Assembly: GCA_020891255.1 (NCBI GenBank)
Contig: BQFW01000001.1
Coordinates: 1 to 64,000, forward strand
Direction: 5' to 3'
Source of the DNA: Entomortierella parvispora E1425
Taxonomy: Eukaryota; Fungi; Mortierellomycota
Length of the DNA stretch: 64,000 nt
The translations under genes and the position numbers were made by a program. A model generated the notes under the pieces. That model ran no database searches, was not told where the DNA came from, and saw only the letters and a list, made by a program, of their open reading frames with translations. The stretch's first letter is position 1, and each line of letters starts with the position of its first letter. Below, piece after piece: positions 47,701 through 60,670 of this stretch.

Positions 47701-49945
47701 GTACATTAACGATGCGGACGAAAAGCGAAAGAAGGTTGAGGTGCTTGTGAAGTTCATGATGGCAGGAGACCTGGAGCTTGGTACGTTTGCAAGCAAGCCT
47801 ATCAAGGTCATCAGCAAGCCCAGCAAAAAAAGGCAAAGTATCAAGAATATGGAGTGTAAGTCCGTGACAATGCTTTCCCTGCAAGGTTTGAATGTTTAGG
47901 TCATAAAGCCCTCGTATTGACGCCATTTATGTGTCTTTTCCGACCATGATTTAGTATGTATTCATCATGGCACCACCATTTCCCTCTTCAACCGTATTCG
48001 ATCGCAGACTGTCTCGACAAAGTACCTTGGAGTGTCGACCACCACTCAACCATCCGCCCATGCCCCTTGGAACTACGGAAATAACAACTTGCGTGACTGG
48101 CCAAATCTGGAGCCATCTCCTGAATCGGCTGCCAACCCTGTTAACACGGATGGAGGCACCTGCTTTGTAGCTAGAACCGGCAGCTGGGATCCCTTTGTTG
48201 TTTGGATTGTCAGTCCAGGACAGACTCGAACCGAGACCTTGGAAGAGCACTCCCAGCGTCATCCAGGATTCCCCCCACCCCCAGCAATCGCCATCAATTC
48301 TCCAGCAGAGAATGTGCCTCAGACCCCAATCCATTACAATCAGCCAATTGTCCTGCAGTGTCTCTCCACTGGCCTTGTGAGCCCTGTCATGGTGATCCGA
48401 AAGGTCGACAAAGGAAGCATGGTTCTTGGCGGAGGATCCGCGGGGCACGCCTCTGCTGAGTATGACCAGGAACCAGTCGGTGACCCAGTCTCCCAGCTGC
48501 ACAAGGTGGCCTTCCAAATTACTGGCCAGGCAACACCTGCAGCCTCGATGACCCATCCCAAGCTTCAGCAAGGAACCTACCTGGCATGCTTGGGCGATGT
48601 CGTCGGAATGCAGCGCGCGAATGAAGGCAAGAAGTATCTTCCTGATCAGAATTCAAAGGCTGCCACTCAGACGTCTTCTGCTCCATCTGCCACTGAAAAC
48701 GATGCACAGTCAGGCGGCAACAGCCACTTCTCAATGGATGTTGTCCCAGAGATGCCTGAGGGAGGCAATCTTTCAGAGGCAATGGCAAGCTGGGGTAATG
48801 GAACCTTCCAGGCTGGTGGAATGGTCATGGCGAACCCTGACGACCAACACTCGCACGGACCTCCAGAACGAAAGCGACGCATGTCATCTTCTGTCGTGAT
48901 CAAGACCAAAGCACCTGCCAAGGGTAGAAGACGAGTCAACAGCTTGAGTGTCACCCAGGCAGAGTCACACCGAATCCGTGCCAACGCTCAGCAGCATCAC
49001 CAGCAGCAGCTCGCATCTGCGAACTTTGGCCATGGAGGATCTGCAGGATCGAATGACGCCTCCTCAGAGACCAAGGAAAAGTCAATCAAGGATCTTGCAA
49101 AGGGATTGACCCATCAACAGACACAGCGCCGCAACTCTTCTGTCTGGACAGAGGACGTAACCGATGCTGCCGTCTGGACGATTGTCGGCACTGGTATGAT
49201 CTGGCGATTTCTACTTACGAGGCCGCTCCATCTCTTTGTCTACAGCGTACTAACCGTTCTAATACTTTTTGTTTGATCTATAGACTGCGCGCAATACAAC
49301 TTTTGCACTCCTGGAGACTGTGAAAACTTGTCATTGCCTCGCTCGCCCGTCACGCCTTCACCAAAGGTGATGGAAGTTTGCCTGAATGGAGAATCCGTTG
49401 GAACTCGTCTTGGATACGGTCCGATTTCCGTCAAGTCGAACCACTCCAACCAAACAGAGTCCAAAGGACAGGATTATCAGCATCATCGCAATGGATCGTA
49501 CAACAACCACGGCGGCTCAACTCGCACCTTGACCCTCAGAGGCCATGGCTTTGACCGACAGCTGTCGGTTTGGTTTGGTACGATCCAAGCCCCGTTGACT
49601 GAGATGGAGTCTCCGGAGGTACTAGTTGCCTGCGTGCCGGAGGAGGTATCGCTTGGATCCTCGTTTTACTTCACAAAGGATGACGACGAGGAAGTTGAAA
49701 CGGCAGAGGAGGAGGAGGAACAAGAGGACGGTCACAAGGAGGGTGACCACCACCGAAACAGCAACGGCCAGAACAACTCTCACCATCATCAACATCAAAG
49801 AAAGAATAGCAGCAGCAAGAGTCATCCCGACCGATTCAAACGGAAGCGCGTCAAAGGAGTCTTTGCATCGGATTGTGTTCCGATCTTGCTGGTCCGCAAA
49901 GACGGCGTGATCTTCCGATCAGGCCATAGTATCACTCTTGGGTGA
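44763..49945 (+). CDS. CSL (CBF1/Su(H)/LAG-1) family transcription factor, fungal type with long low-complexity N-terminus
   Basis: Four exons (~44763-47258, 47352-47855, 47957-49194, 49285-49945). LAG1 DNA-binding motif LTSKVAQKSYGTEKRFLCPPP and CVSKQLYINDADEKRK..FASKPIKVISKPSKKRQ. Beta-trefoil motifs GTTISLFNRIRSQTVSTKYL and PIHYNQPIVLQCLSTGLVSPVMVIRKVD..DPVSQLHKVAF. IPT domain LTLRGHGF..VWFG..PILLVRKDGVIF. Confidence 0.95.
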
Positions 49946-51028
49946 ACAGCGAGGAACAAGACTCGGGGATTGCAGAGGACAAGAATGCTCAAAGAGATTG
50001 GCGGACGGGCAGACCATTGTTGGTTGTTCTTTTGTTCGCTGCCAGTTTCTCGTACTCTGAACAAACTTCACTCTTACTCCCCGCCTGTCTCTTTTTCTCT
50101 TTCCTTTTCTTTTTCTCTTTTTTTTTTCTTCAATTGTGCTTTCCATTGTATTTTGTTTCTCTTTCTGTGTTTGTTTTTTTTTATCATTTGCAAGTCCCTC
50201 CATGTACTTTTTTACTTTTTTTTATTTTATCATCATTCTGTATTTGCCGACCCATCATCCCTGTCGAGCACCCACAAAATACCCTATACCCTTCAGCACG
50301 AGGCACTCTTTTCTTTCATGCCGATCAGTGGGCAGGAGAAGCAGTGACCAAGAGACATTCTCCCTACGTTCGTCTTTGTGTTTGAACCAAAAAAAAAAAA
50401 TTGTCAATTATTATTTCTCTTCTCTCCCTCTTTTTTTTTTTTTTTTTTTTTTACTGTTGCTACAACTTTTTTTAGCATGCACTGCTTACTCCAAAGAGGA
50501 TATCACCCTCAAATACGACGATCGAACGAGCGAACGGATGCGAAGGACAGAAGTGAAAGGAGACCATGTCATTTGTACATACAACAGGCGGAAAGAGGCA
50601 TTTGCGAACGTGAAAAAATCAAAACAATAAACGCTTCACTCAAAAAAACTGCTTCCCTTTCGACCAGCAGGCCCACATGCAGCCGGTCCACTTGATGCAC
50701 TTGATGCACTTCCTCTCTTGTCTCCTAACGTTCCTCCTTTCACGACCTTGGATGCGCTAAATTTAGCACGAGATATGAAAAGAGAACGATCCCTGGGCAG
50801 CGGTTCAAAAAGGGGCTCAGTCTTGCTTGCTGTTGGTTCGGGCGGATAGGGGGAGGTGATGCACATCACGCTGCAGCTCCTTTCAAAAAGCCCTGACATA
50901 CATCACCTTGGCGTAGCGAGGTTCGATCTGCCCTCTTATAAACCACTTCTCTTCCGTCCCCTCTTGCCCACAATCTTTACGTCCTCCACATCAGTAACCA
51001 CTTTTTTTTTCCTTCGAGTGAACAACCA

Positions 51029-53653
51029 ATGCTAAAAAAACTAGGTCTGGTGTCCAAGGACCAGGACTCGGCCTCGTCATCACCACCACCCAATTCTTCT
51101 CTAGCAGACAAGGACAAATTCAAGGCTCGCCACAACAAAAAAGTTTTAAAGTCAACCACATCTGTCGACTCTGCGGACTCACCCTCAATAGCACCTCGAC
51201 CCCATCTGCCCAGCAGCGTTTACAACCCAAACCCTTTCCCACTAGACCCGACTCTACCGGAGGGTCTTAGTCGCTTCCATGGCTTTGTCGCCAAACAAGA
51301 GTCTTCTACCCGTGAAGACGACAGTGTGGAGATTGAAGTAGAGGAGCGAAGGGGCTTCGTCTCTGGAAAGAGTCGCCAGAGTATGGATCAGGTCCACCGC
51401 GAGAGGCATGTGCAGGAGACAAGGACCTTCGAAGTCGAGGATGTCGAATACGAGCTGGCAAAGACTACATCCAATCCTATCCAACGATTGAACGCTGGCT
51501 TCAAAGGCGCTCTCGCAAAGTCTGGACTGGGCAAATCCAAGGACAGACCACAAGACCCTATAGAGCCAGACCAAGAAGTCGACGCCGTACTGCAGCACCA
51601 TCAGCGACTACAAGAACAACAGCTACAACAGCAGCAATGGGCTTCATCACAGCACTCGGATAGCTCATCGCGACCCTCACGGGGTCGAGAGCGTGAAAGG
51701 AGAGGGCGTCAGAGGACCAACAGCGGGCCTGTTCATCCAAGCAGAGTCAACAAATCAGCCTACATAGACGACAGAGCCCTATCGCCCGAACGACGAGATC
51801 GCCCTTCACGTCTGCAATCGCTTTCACCCCCAAGAGGACAAGAGGGAGGCGTGCGCTCCGGTTCATATTGGCCCACATCTACAGATCTCGAGGATGAACA
51901 AAAGAGTCCCTTCCTGGGGTACCAATTGCCACCCCACGCCGCCTCACGTCGGCCCCTCAGTCAAACTAGCAACGACTCTGACGGCGACTTTTCGCGTCTA
52001 GGACGGGATGGGCGAAGGGAGGGCGGTCCAAATGCCCGATACCATTCTCGGGAACGTCAAGGATCGGACAGAATGCGGCGGGAGGTCCTGGCTGGCGGTG
52101 GTCAACGCCGCCAATCAGGACTAAACAACGTAATCAGCACAGCCACAGCCGTAGGCAGGACCTCGTCCGAACTAGGAACGGATGACGAGCTGTCAGCTCA
52201 AGGAGGAGGCAGAGGTGCAGACCCTCCAGTTCAAACATCGTCAGCTCAACTGCCCGATCGATTGAGCCGCGCCAAAGAATGGGTGGCGACTCATAGTCAA
52301 AGGAATAGCATCGTAGCCATGCCAGAGCCAGCAGCGGCGGATCTCTCTAGGCCAGTGGTAATGGCGCAACGACCACTCTCGGCGCCAACGCGGGCAGAGT
52401 ACAACCGACATCGTTTATCGCTGGATGCTGAAGAGTACGGAATGGTGGCAGGTCCTTATCGTGCAGGCGGCTATGTGAGCAATCCTGGCAGTCGGTTTGA
52501 AGCACGCGAGAGAATGGCGATGATGACCCACATGCAGATGCAAGGGTCCTCCAATCCCTATAGAGACAGCCTTGGCGACAATGACCGCTACTGGAGTCAT
52601 CAACTGGAAGGATACGAGCAAGACCGCTATCGGTATGGGTCTGGAGGTGAAATGCTGACCAAGGAAGGGATGTATGGCGCAGATCGACCCGGCATGTACG
52701 GTCGGTATTATGGATATGGCCCTGGAGGGCTCGATGATGCAGACGACGAAGATGAATCCACACTGGCCCCCGGATCAACTGCAGGAGGCATGACTCGGCC
52801 TAAGAAGATTGTGGACACGTTACCAGGAGATGCAAGTCAGCTCACAACAATGCAACTTCCCGGAGATGGAGAGAACCAGCTGGCGTCCGACAACAAGGTT
52901 CCCAACAAGCGGCGGTTGGTCCTGAGGATCATCAGTCTTGCCTCTAGTTTCTTTGTCCTTGTTCTGCTCATTGCCGCGTCTCCAGTAAGTTTTTTTTTTT
53001 TTTTTTTTTTTTTCCAATTGGCATGGTTTCTTTCGTATTTGCTGACCACACACCTCCTTCTCTTCTTCTAGGTGTCCCATTCTTCGTCTCCTTTCTCAAC
53101 CCCTGCTGGTCTAGTCTTTCACTATGTGGTCGCGATCCTTTCGACAGTGACCAGCTTCGCCTTTGTCTTCAACTACTTCAACCGCCGGTTAAGGCATCGA
53201 GAAAAGATGAAGCGCTACATCCTCTTTGGCCTCGACATTGTCATGACACTGGCTTGGATGATTGACATCTTTGTCTGCATCGAAAAGTTTCCCTGCGCAG
53301 TGGGAGGACAGCATGGATGGTGTGACATGTACAACACGAGTGTCTTTCTAGGCATCATAGCTCTTCTCAGCTTCCTTGCGGCCTTTATCTGGGATATTTG
53401 GGGCTCCTTTGATCATTCAAAGTTGATAGGGGATCGTCCCTTGATTAGAAAGGCACCTCCAGGGTGGGATAAGAAGTCGCTGGCGAACCAAGGTGCTGGA
53501 CCAGGGTATGGTGGTGCCCGCTATCCAGGAATGGCGCCTGGATCTGCACCTGGAGCGATGCCTGGGGCTTTCCCGGGAGCAGCGCCAGGGCAAAGAGGAG
53601 CTGGTGCGGGCGCGGCAGCGCCTCCTGCCAAGAAAAGTAAAGCCCTGTGGTGA
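51029..53653 (+). CDS. Four-TM (MARVEL-like) membrane protein with long disordered N-terminus
   Basis: Exons 51029-52984 and 53072-53653. Four hydrophobic segments near the C-terminus (LVLRIISLASSFFVLVLLIAA; GLVFHYVVAILSTVTSFAFVF; YILFGLDIVMTLAWMIDIFVC; VFLGIIALLSFLAAFIW). Confidence 0.75.
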
Positions 53654-54967
53654 TCTATATAGTGCAAAAACCATTTACATGTAATAAAAAGTCTTTGACC
53701 CTCGGCTGTGTAGAACAGTAATGCTTCTCAATTGCAAATGGCAAGCGCGTAACTTTGACCAGATCTTGTCAAAAGATATATTTTTTATTTTGGGACGCTG
53801 TCTTCTTTGGTCTAGTCACCGTTGCCCAAGAGCTCTTGGGGTGAAACCGTTCAAATACGGCAGTTGCTGGCGGCAAAGAGGATGGCATGGCCGCGACGAC
53901 AGTCAGGGTGATCCAGCTGAAAGGTTGCATGTAGAGATGGATGCAGTCGATGTTTGTGTGTTGAAGTGTTTGAATGAATGAATGAAGTGAATGCATGTTC
54001 CCATCGCAATCAGTTTCGTTCTTCTTCTTTCAAAAGAAAGGGGCATGACACAAAGAAAGTCCCTTCAGTCCTGGCGGGCGTCCCTTGGGATACCTTCAAG
54101 AACAATTGCTGAGTCAACCATGGTGCTCATGGCACTATTAGAACTGACGCAACAGAGATCAATGGGAACAAAGGGGAGCGGGTCTGTTGTTCGAGATCAA
54201 CTGTCGACTTTTAACCAGCAACCACGCTGCAGCGACTTGGGTTGTGCACATGTGTTGTGGCGGTGGCTGTGACAAGACGCTCTTTTGGACTGGCGAGTGT
54301 AAACTTTGAAGGGCAAGTGCCACATGCATGCCGATGGACACCTTGCCCCTGCCCCTGCAGCAGCAACCAGATAAAGAGACAGGACGTGCAAGTCGAATCG
54401 AGCCATGCCAAGCCAAGGAATACCACAAGTCAGTAACAAAATCGAGCCAAGCCAAGGCAGCCCTTGAGGCTGCGATGCTGTGGGGGAGCTGACTTAGTCT
54501 CGTCCGTCTCCACGTCAGTTTGTTCACTTTATTTTCTTTGGGTCTCATTTTCAAACGGCGACGCGACCCACCAGAAGCCAGAAATGGGCACATGAGTGAC
54601 CCCAAGGAACCAGCTGTCTGGGCCAGCACAGCAGCGTACAGGAGGAAAGGAGGGAAACTGACAGCGGCCACTGAATGCGTCTGGGAGGAGAGCACAAGCA
54701 CGCAAGCACTTATTTCCACTCGCCTGTGCTCTCAGCAGGAACGCAATCATCAGGGGACGGATCTTCTGTTTGTTCGCACGAGGTGACTTTTGGGACGGAA
54801 AAGTGTTCGGTTTATAGAGACATGGCTGGAGGATAAAAAGAGCAGATCGATCCCTCTGGACCCCTGCTCTTTCTTTTCTCTCTTCACCTTCCCTCAACCG
54901 TCACCTCGTTCTCGCCATCGAACAACCCAACAACTCACTCTCTTCTCTCGCTCATACCATCCCCACA

Positions 54968-56543
54968 ATGTCTCTCACAGGAAAGTCCTCCGACGGCACC
55001 GGTCATGTCGGCACTCTCACCGCTAAGCAATCCGCCACCCTCAAGAACCTCTGGTCGGCACTCTACGAAATCCAGGAAAAGGGAACAGTCACCATCATTC
55101 CTGAGCCTGCTCCCGTTCCAGAGACCCCTGCTCCTGCCCCAGCTGCATCAGGCTGGGGCGGCGGATGGTTCGGTTCCTCGACTCCCGCTACACCTGTCGA
55201 GCCCGTCGTCGAGCCTCCATTGACAATCACGTTGGAGGAAATCGGATTGACCCCTGAGCAGTTGAGGACAGCTCTTTGGAACAATGTGCTTGGCGATAAC
55301 CCAGACTCTTTGGTCTTGCGTTTCTTGCGCGCTCGCAAGTGGCACGTTGGCAACGGACTCTCGATGCTGTTGAAGGCCTTCAAGTGGCGTCAGGATGAGA
55401 ACGTTGAGGATGTCAAGATCATGGGCGATGACGAGCTCAACGAGAAGTACCCCAAGTTCAAGGACCAGCTTGAGATGGGCAAGTTTTACGTCCATGGAAC
55501 AGACAAGGCTGGTCAGCCCGTCGTGTAAGTGATTCTTACTCATCATTATCCCTTGTTGTTGCTTTTCTTTTTGTGGGTGCAATTGGGCCAAGGGAAAAAA
55601 AACAATCTAAGGCAGGAGGTGGAGGACAGGAATCGATGAACACAACAAAAAGCTATCTGTCTCAGGAACTCTGTCAACAAAATGAGAGCAAATGGGCGTG
55701 CTTGTGTGGGTGAAGGCAGCAGAGAAACGCAAACGTCAATCTTGTCTGAGTGCAAAATGAAGGTCGTGCCCCTTGAAAAACTTGGGTGTTGCAGAAACTG
55801 ATCCACATGCTCTCCTTATCTATTTGGATCGGAATAGTTACTTGAACGTCCACCTTCACAGACCTGGCGATCAGGACTACAAAACTCTGGAGCGTCTGAC
55901 AATCTACTTGATGGAGACGGGTCGCTTGTTGATTCAGCCCCCAGTGGAGACGGTTGCCCTTGTGTTTGATCTCTCTAATTTCGGACTCGGCAACATGGAC
56001 TACAACCTTGTCAAGTTCCTCGTTCAATGCTTTGAGGCCTACTACCCCGAATCGCTCGGAGCCATCGTAGTGCACAAGTCGCCTCTGGTATTCTGGGGAG
56101 TCTGGAAGATCATTGAGCCCTGGCTGGACCCTGTCGTTGCCTCCAAGATTCGTTTCACCTCGACCGACCAAGAGTTGCTCGAGTTCATCCCCGCACAGCA
56201 CCTTCCCACCTCATTCCAGGGCGTTGGATTGGATCAATACAAGTACCAGTACTTGGCACCGGTCGCGGGCGAGAACGACAAGATGCAGGACAAGGCTACA
56301 CGGGACGTCCTTCTCAAGGAGTGGGACTCGGTGACGGTACAGTTTGACGTTCAAACCAAGGCATGGATTGCTGGAGATGAGATTGAGAGCTCAAAGAGAA
56401 GCGAATTGGCCAAGGAGCTGCATCTTCAGTACTACAAGTTGCAGCCATACATCCGTGCACGGAATCAGTTCCAGCGCAAGGATGCCACTGGACACTCTGT
56501 GCTCCAGGAGGATGGCACGGTCGAGTGGGTCTACAAGAACTAA
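54968..56543 (+). CDS. CRAL-TRIO/Sec14-family lipid transfer protein (Csr1/Sfh2-like)
   Basis: Exons 54968-55524 and 55838-56543. NPDSLVLRFLRARKWHV, GTDKAGQPVVY, VFDLSNFGLGNMDY, FEAYYPESLG and VFWGVWKIIEPWLDPVVASKIRF. Confidence 0.93.
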
Positions 56544-56997
56544 AAAGGCAGCGTATCCATGTAGATCTGACACTCCATCCTACAATAATCATATCCGTGT
56601 CCGTTGATACCCTCCCAAATACATACAAGCCCCCTTTTTTTATTAATCCAATGGCTTTATTGACGTCCATGGCCTCATGAGATGAAAAACAGAGAAGTCT
56701 TGGCAACTTTGCGATCGAAAACTGGTGGATTGTCAAAAAATGAAGTTTTGGTGGCAAAGTCATAGTGGTCAATTATAAATAATGGTCAATTAGGGAGGGT
56801 CGAGCCAGAGACGGCCACGAGTGTTGCATGAGTGCTCCAGGAGGGCATGGGCGCATGCACTTTTCTCCTCAGACGTCTCATTAGAACAGGAATCAGCACC
56901 CAGCGGAACATCAACTGCAAGTCAACCCCATCTTTACAGAAAAGTACAAGAATCGCCCTTATTCATCCGACATTTTCATTCGGGCACTCGCGGCAGG

Positions 56998-58441
56998 ATG
57001 CTTGGTTTTGTATTTCTCCTTCTCAGCTGCGTCATCGCAGTACAGACAAAACCAAAGGAAGATACCTTTGTACCGTTCTTGACCACACAGCGAAAGCTAA
57101 GAGCAGGATCATCATCTTCACCTACTGTGGGAGCAGCAGGCGCCTCTTCCCCTCCCACCGGTGCAGGGGTATCACGTTGGTTTACGAGAAATATTCTCGA
57201 GCCCCTGACTGGCCCTCGAGTGCCAGAACATACAATCAAGGACTATTACTTTTTCCACATTGCAACTCTGACCGATGGATCGGGACAGTACCTCGGCATG
57301 TTCCAGCAGTGGTGGGCCATCTCAGAACTACAAGAGATCACTTCGCAAGCCGGAGGAGGCAGTGGTACAGGAGCTCAAGCTGGGCATGGGAATGGATATG
57401 AGGGACAAGCAGAGTCAAAGAAACAGGAGGCTGTGAATGCCAAGGTCAAGAAAGATTGTACGTATCGTTTAGGATTATAGGAGTTGTCTACGAATTCATG
57501 AGCTTTCAGTTTACTTACTCTTTTCTTTGCAACTGAACAGATGCCACGGCAGCAAAGGCATATGTTGATGCCGCAAAGTTGTACGAAAAGGGCGGCTCGC
57601 AGTTCAATATGATGGAAGCCGCAGGCGCGTACGAGGATGCTTTCAAAGCATACAACATGACACCGCAATCAGGTAAGAGTCAGGATACATCATAGCAACG
57701 TTGACGAGAGCTTTGAAGTTGACCTGTGGTATGAACCAATTGTGTCTATAGGGTCCGGCATTCAATGCTTGGAGAACGCTGCCCGACTCTTTAAATCGAA
57801 TGATCGTGGAGGGTCGCGCGCCGCCAAGATATACAGTCAGCTCGGAGATTTGTTGAAGGCACAAGACCCAAAACGAGCTATGACCATGCACCGTGAAGCC
57901 GCTGAACTCTACAAGAGCGATGGTGATGGGTGAGTGATGTGAATGAGCATCCGTTGGAAAGAACTTGATGCTTGGCAGAGAGCGACCCTCGCTGACCTTT
58001 ATTCTTGATCATAGGCGGGCACTCTATGCGACTATTAAGCAGACAGAGCTCCTTTGTATGCTTGGCGAGTATGCTCAGGCCTTCCGACTTTATGACCAAA
58101 CCATCATCCCAGAGACGCAAAACCAGGATATTTTGCGATATACCACACGCGATCATATACTGAATGCCATGTTGGCTCATTTGGGCGAGACTGGAGGGGA
58201 CTGGATCGTGTTTGAGAAGGATCTGGAGCGGTACGAGGATATCTGCTCGGATTTCCGCTCGGGAGCGCGCGGCCATGATCTGCTGCGAGCGTTGGCCAAG
58301 GCGGAGCGAGATCACGATGCAAGCGCGTTCCAAGGAGCGTGCCAAGAGTTTGACAGGCTGCAGACAGGCGGCATGCCCGACTGGCAGGTGGGCCTGCTGT
58401 TGAAAGAAAAGAAGAAGCTGGAGGATGGCGACCTGCTCTAG
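56998..58441 (+). CDS. SNAP (alpha/gamma-SNAP, Sec17-like TPR) protein with extra N-terminal module; start codon uncertain
   Basis: Exons 56998-57457, 57541-57672, 57752-57929 and 58015-58441 join in phase (398 aa). The SNAP-like region reads YATAAKAYVDAAKLYEK, CLENAARLF, LRYTTRDHILNAMLAHL, YEDICSDFRSG and FQGACQEFD..PDWQVGLLLKEK. An alternative ATG is at 57298. Confidence 0.75.
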
Positions 58442-58707
58442 TTGCCGTTTTCCGCCACCAAAATAAACCAAAGGCGCGCGCTGATTGTTTGTTTATTTGT
58501 TGTGTTTATTTGTCGCGTCTCCAGTGCTTTTTCTCTCCTCTGCCCCTCTTCCCTCTTCCCTCTTCTCTGCCCCTGTTTTCCTCTTCCCTCCTCCCCTTTT
58601 CCTCTTCCCTCCTCCCGTTTTCCTCTTCCTCTTCTTCGACAACACTCTCCACCTCTGTCCATTGACTATAACTTTTCATCCTCGATTGCCGCCATTGATC
58701 TCCCATC

Positions 58708-60438
58708 ATGATCGTTCAACGGTTCCCTGATAATCTCACAGCAGAGATTCTCGCTCTCATTGCAGATCTTCTCACGCCAAAGAATCTCGCTGTCTGTTTG
58801 CGGGTCTGCAAACATTGGTCCAAGGTCTTCCATCCTCTTTTCTGGCGCAACATGTCAATCACCAGCCCAACCACCAACCGCTGGTTCTCCAACGCGCCTG
58901 ATAACAAGCTTATCCAAACCAACGCGCCTCTGGTCCGCTCGCTCCGGTGTCATTTCTTCACTTCATTGACTCCCTTCTTCCAAGCCAAAAAGATGACCAA
59001 CTTAAGCCGTCTCGATCTCTGGGGGTTGGTGCTACCAAACGACAACAAGGCCATTCTCTGGGTACCCCTGCTCAACCTCATTGCTCGGAACCCAGGACTC
59101 CGATTTCTGGCCATTTACAACTTGTTGGGGACAGCCGATAACCTGGCCGCCAAAATCTTCCCTAGCTTGCCCAACTTGCAGGTGATGAAGCTCCATGCTG
59201 GTCGACCTGTCTCCGCCAAATCACTGGACGCGTTCTTGATGATGTTGCCTCCAAGCGTCCTTTACCTCAAGGTGGATGCCTCGATTTCTGGAGGAGAAAA
59301 ATATGTTCCAGCTCCATCGTCGCACGGTCCCAGGATGAAGTTGAGGCGTCTAGCTTGCAGCGGCTTCATGTTTCACACAGAGGCTGTCCTGAACAGCTTC
59401 TTGAAGCGCTGTCCTGATCTCGAGACTATGATCTGTGAAGGAACCCTGTCAAAGTTGAAGATGAATGAGCCTCGCCCTCGCCTTCAAAACTTTGTGATGA
59501 AAGACTCGTTTGGCTGGGGCACGGACGGGATCGCGCTTGACAATTGGATCGGACCCATGGGATTGCGTTCCCTCATCTTGGATGACAAGTGCACTTTTGG
59601 GGTCAAGACCGTGGAAACGATCCTGAAACATCGCTCGACTCTGGAGGAATTGAGGGTAACTCAGGTGCAAGGAACCCATATCGTCAGTCTCTTGAAGTCT
59701 TGCCCTCGGCTCAGCATCCTTTCTACTGGATCCAAAACAGCTGGAGAGCCAACAGCTGGAGGAAGAGATAGTCTTGCGAGTATTATCCGCGATGTGCTGT
59801 TGAAAGAAGGAATGGCAGAACCTCCCGCAAAGATGGACTACACGGTGAATGCCGCTAGTCTGATTGGAGCCACGCCCGTTGTTTGGCCTTGCGCTGGAAC
59901 TCTGAGGACACTAGAGATGATCCTCGCCAATATCCCTCGACCTGACTTGCAGGGGGTGATGATCCATGGCAAGATGCTGGGACCTTATCCAGATTCTCTC
60001 TGGATCGAGAGTCGAGACATGCAGCGACAGATCTATGAGCGCCTGGGTCACTGCACAAAGTTGCGCAAGTTGATCCTTGGCGTGTCTCTGCTTCGGTCCT
60101 TGGATGTGCGAGAGGCAAACAGCTGTATTTATGAAGGACTCGAGTTTTCTCTGGATAGTGGTTTAGGCCTGCTGTCAGGACTGACTGATCTCCGAGTATT
60201 GGATGTGCAGATGCTGGAGCACAAGATTGGAATCCCAGAGCTAGAGTGGATGAAGACCCATTGGAAGAAGCTCGAACGTATCGTGGGATTGGAGCCAGAT
60301 GAGACTAGTCTGAAGTGGATCAAGAAGCACAAGCCTGCATGGATCCGGCCAGAGGCCAAGAAGCCAGAAGACGAGGACTATGTTCCACCTCAGAAGACTG
60401 GACCGTTCAAGACGTGGACTCTTGGTCCCGCCAGGTGA
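58708..60438 (+). CDS. F-box/LRR-like protein (intronless, 576 aa)
   Basis: N-terminal F-box LTAEILALIADLLTPKNLAVCLRVCKHWSKVFHPLFWR. Degenerate LRRs and a C-terminal LEFSLDSGLGLLSGLTDLRVLDV..IGIPELEWMKTHWKKLERI segment. Confidence 0.88.
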   Translation: MIVQRFPDNLTAEILALIADLLTPKNLAVCLRVCKHWSKVFHPLFWRNMSITSPTTNRWFSNAPDNKLIQTNAPLVRSLRCHFFTSLTPFFQAKKMTNLSRLDLWGLVLPNDNKAILWVPLLNLIARNPGLRFLAIYNLLGTADNLAAKIFPSLPNLQVMKLHAGRPVSAKSLDAFLMMLPPSVLYLKVDASISGGEKYVPAPSSHGPRMKLRRLACSGFMFHTEAVLNSFLKRCPDLETMICEGTLSKLKMNEPRPRLQNFVMKDSFGWGTDGIALDNWIGPMGLRSLILDDKCTFGVKTVETILKHRSTLEELRVTQVQGTHIVSLLKSCPRLSILSTGSKTAGEPTAGGRDSLASIIRDVLLKEGMAEPPAKMDYTVNAASLIGATPVVWPCAGTLRTLEMILANIPRPDLQGVMIHGKMLGPYPDSLWIESRDMQRQIYERLGHCTKLRKLILGVSLLRSLDVREANSCIYEGLEFSLDSGLGLLSGLTDLRVLDVQMLEHKIGIPELEWMKTHWKKLERIVGLEPDETSLKWIKKHKPAWIRPEAKKPEDEDYVPPQKTGPFKTWTLGPAR

Positions 60439-60670
60439 TTCTGATCGCAACACAATAAACGTTGGTGGCGTGTGTGACTGTGCTATTCACTTCCTTTATG
60501 TTTTTGGGCCATGATTTTTGTCTTGGGCGGTTTCACTCTTGAGGGCATTTGCGCGTCGTTCTCCTTTGTCCGTTCTCTCTTTTACCTTCATCCTCCCTCA
60601 CCACCCTCGCTTGCTTTTGTTTGCCATCTCAACGTACCCATCTCATACCGCTCCACCCCACCCAACCGAA

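Noticed and set aside
53700-54900. ORFs in the spacer before the first CRAL-TRIO gene
   Set aside because: They are short, overlap on both strands and have no coding signature or motif.
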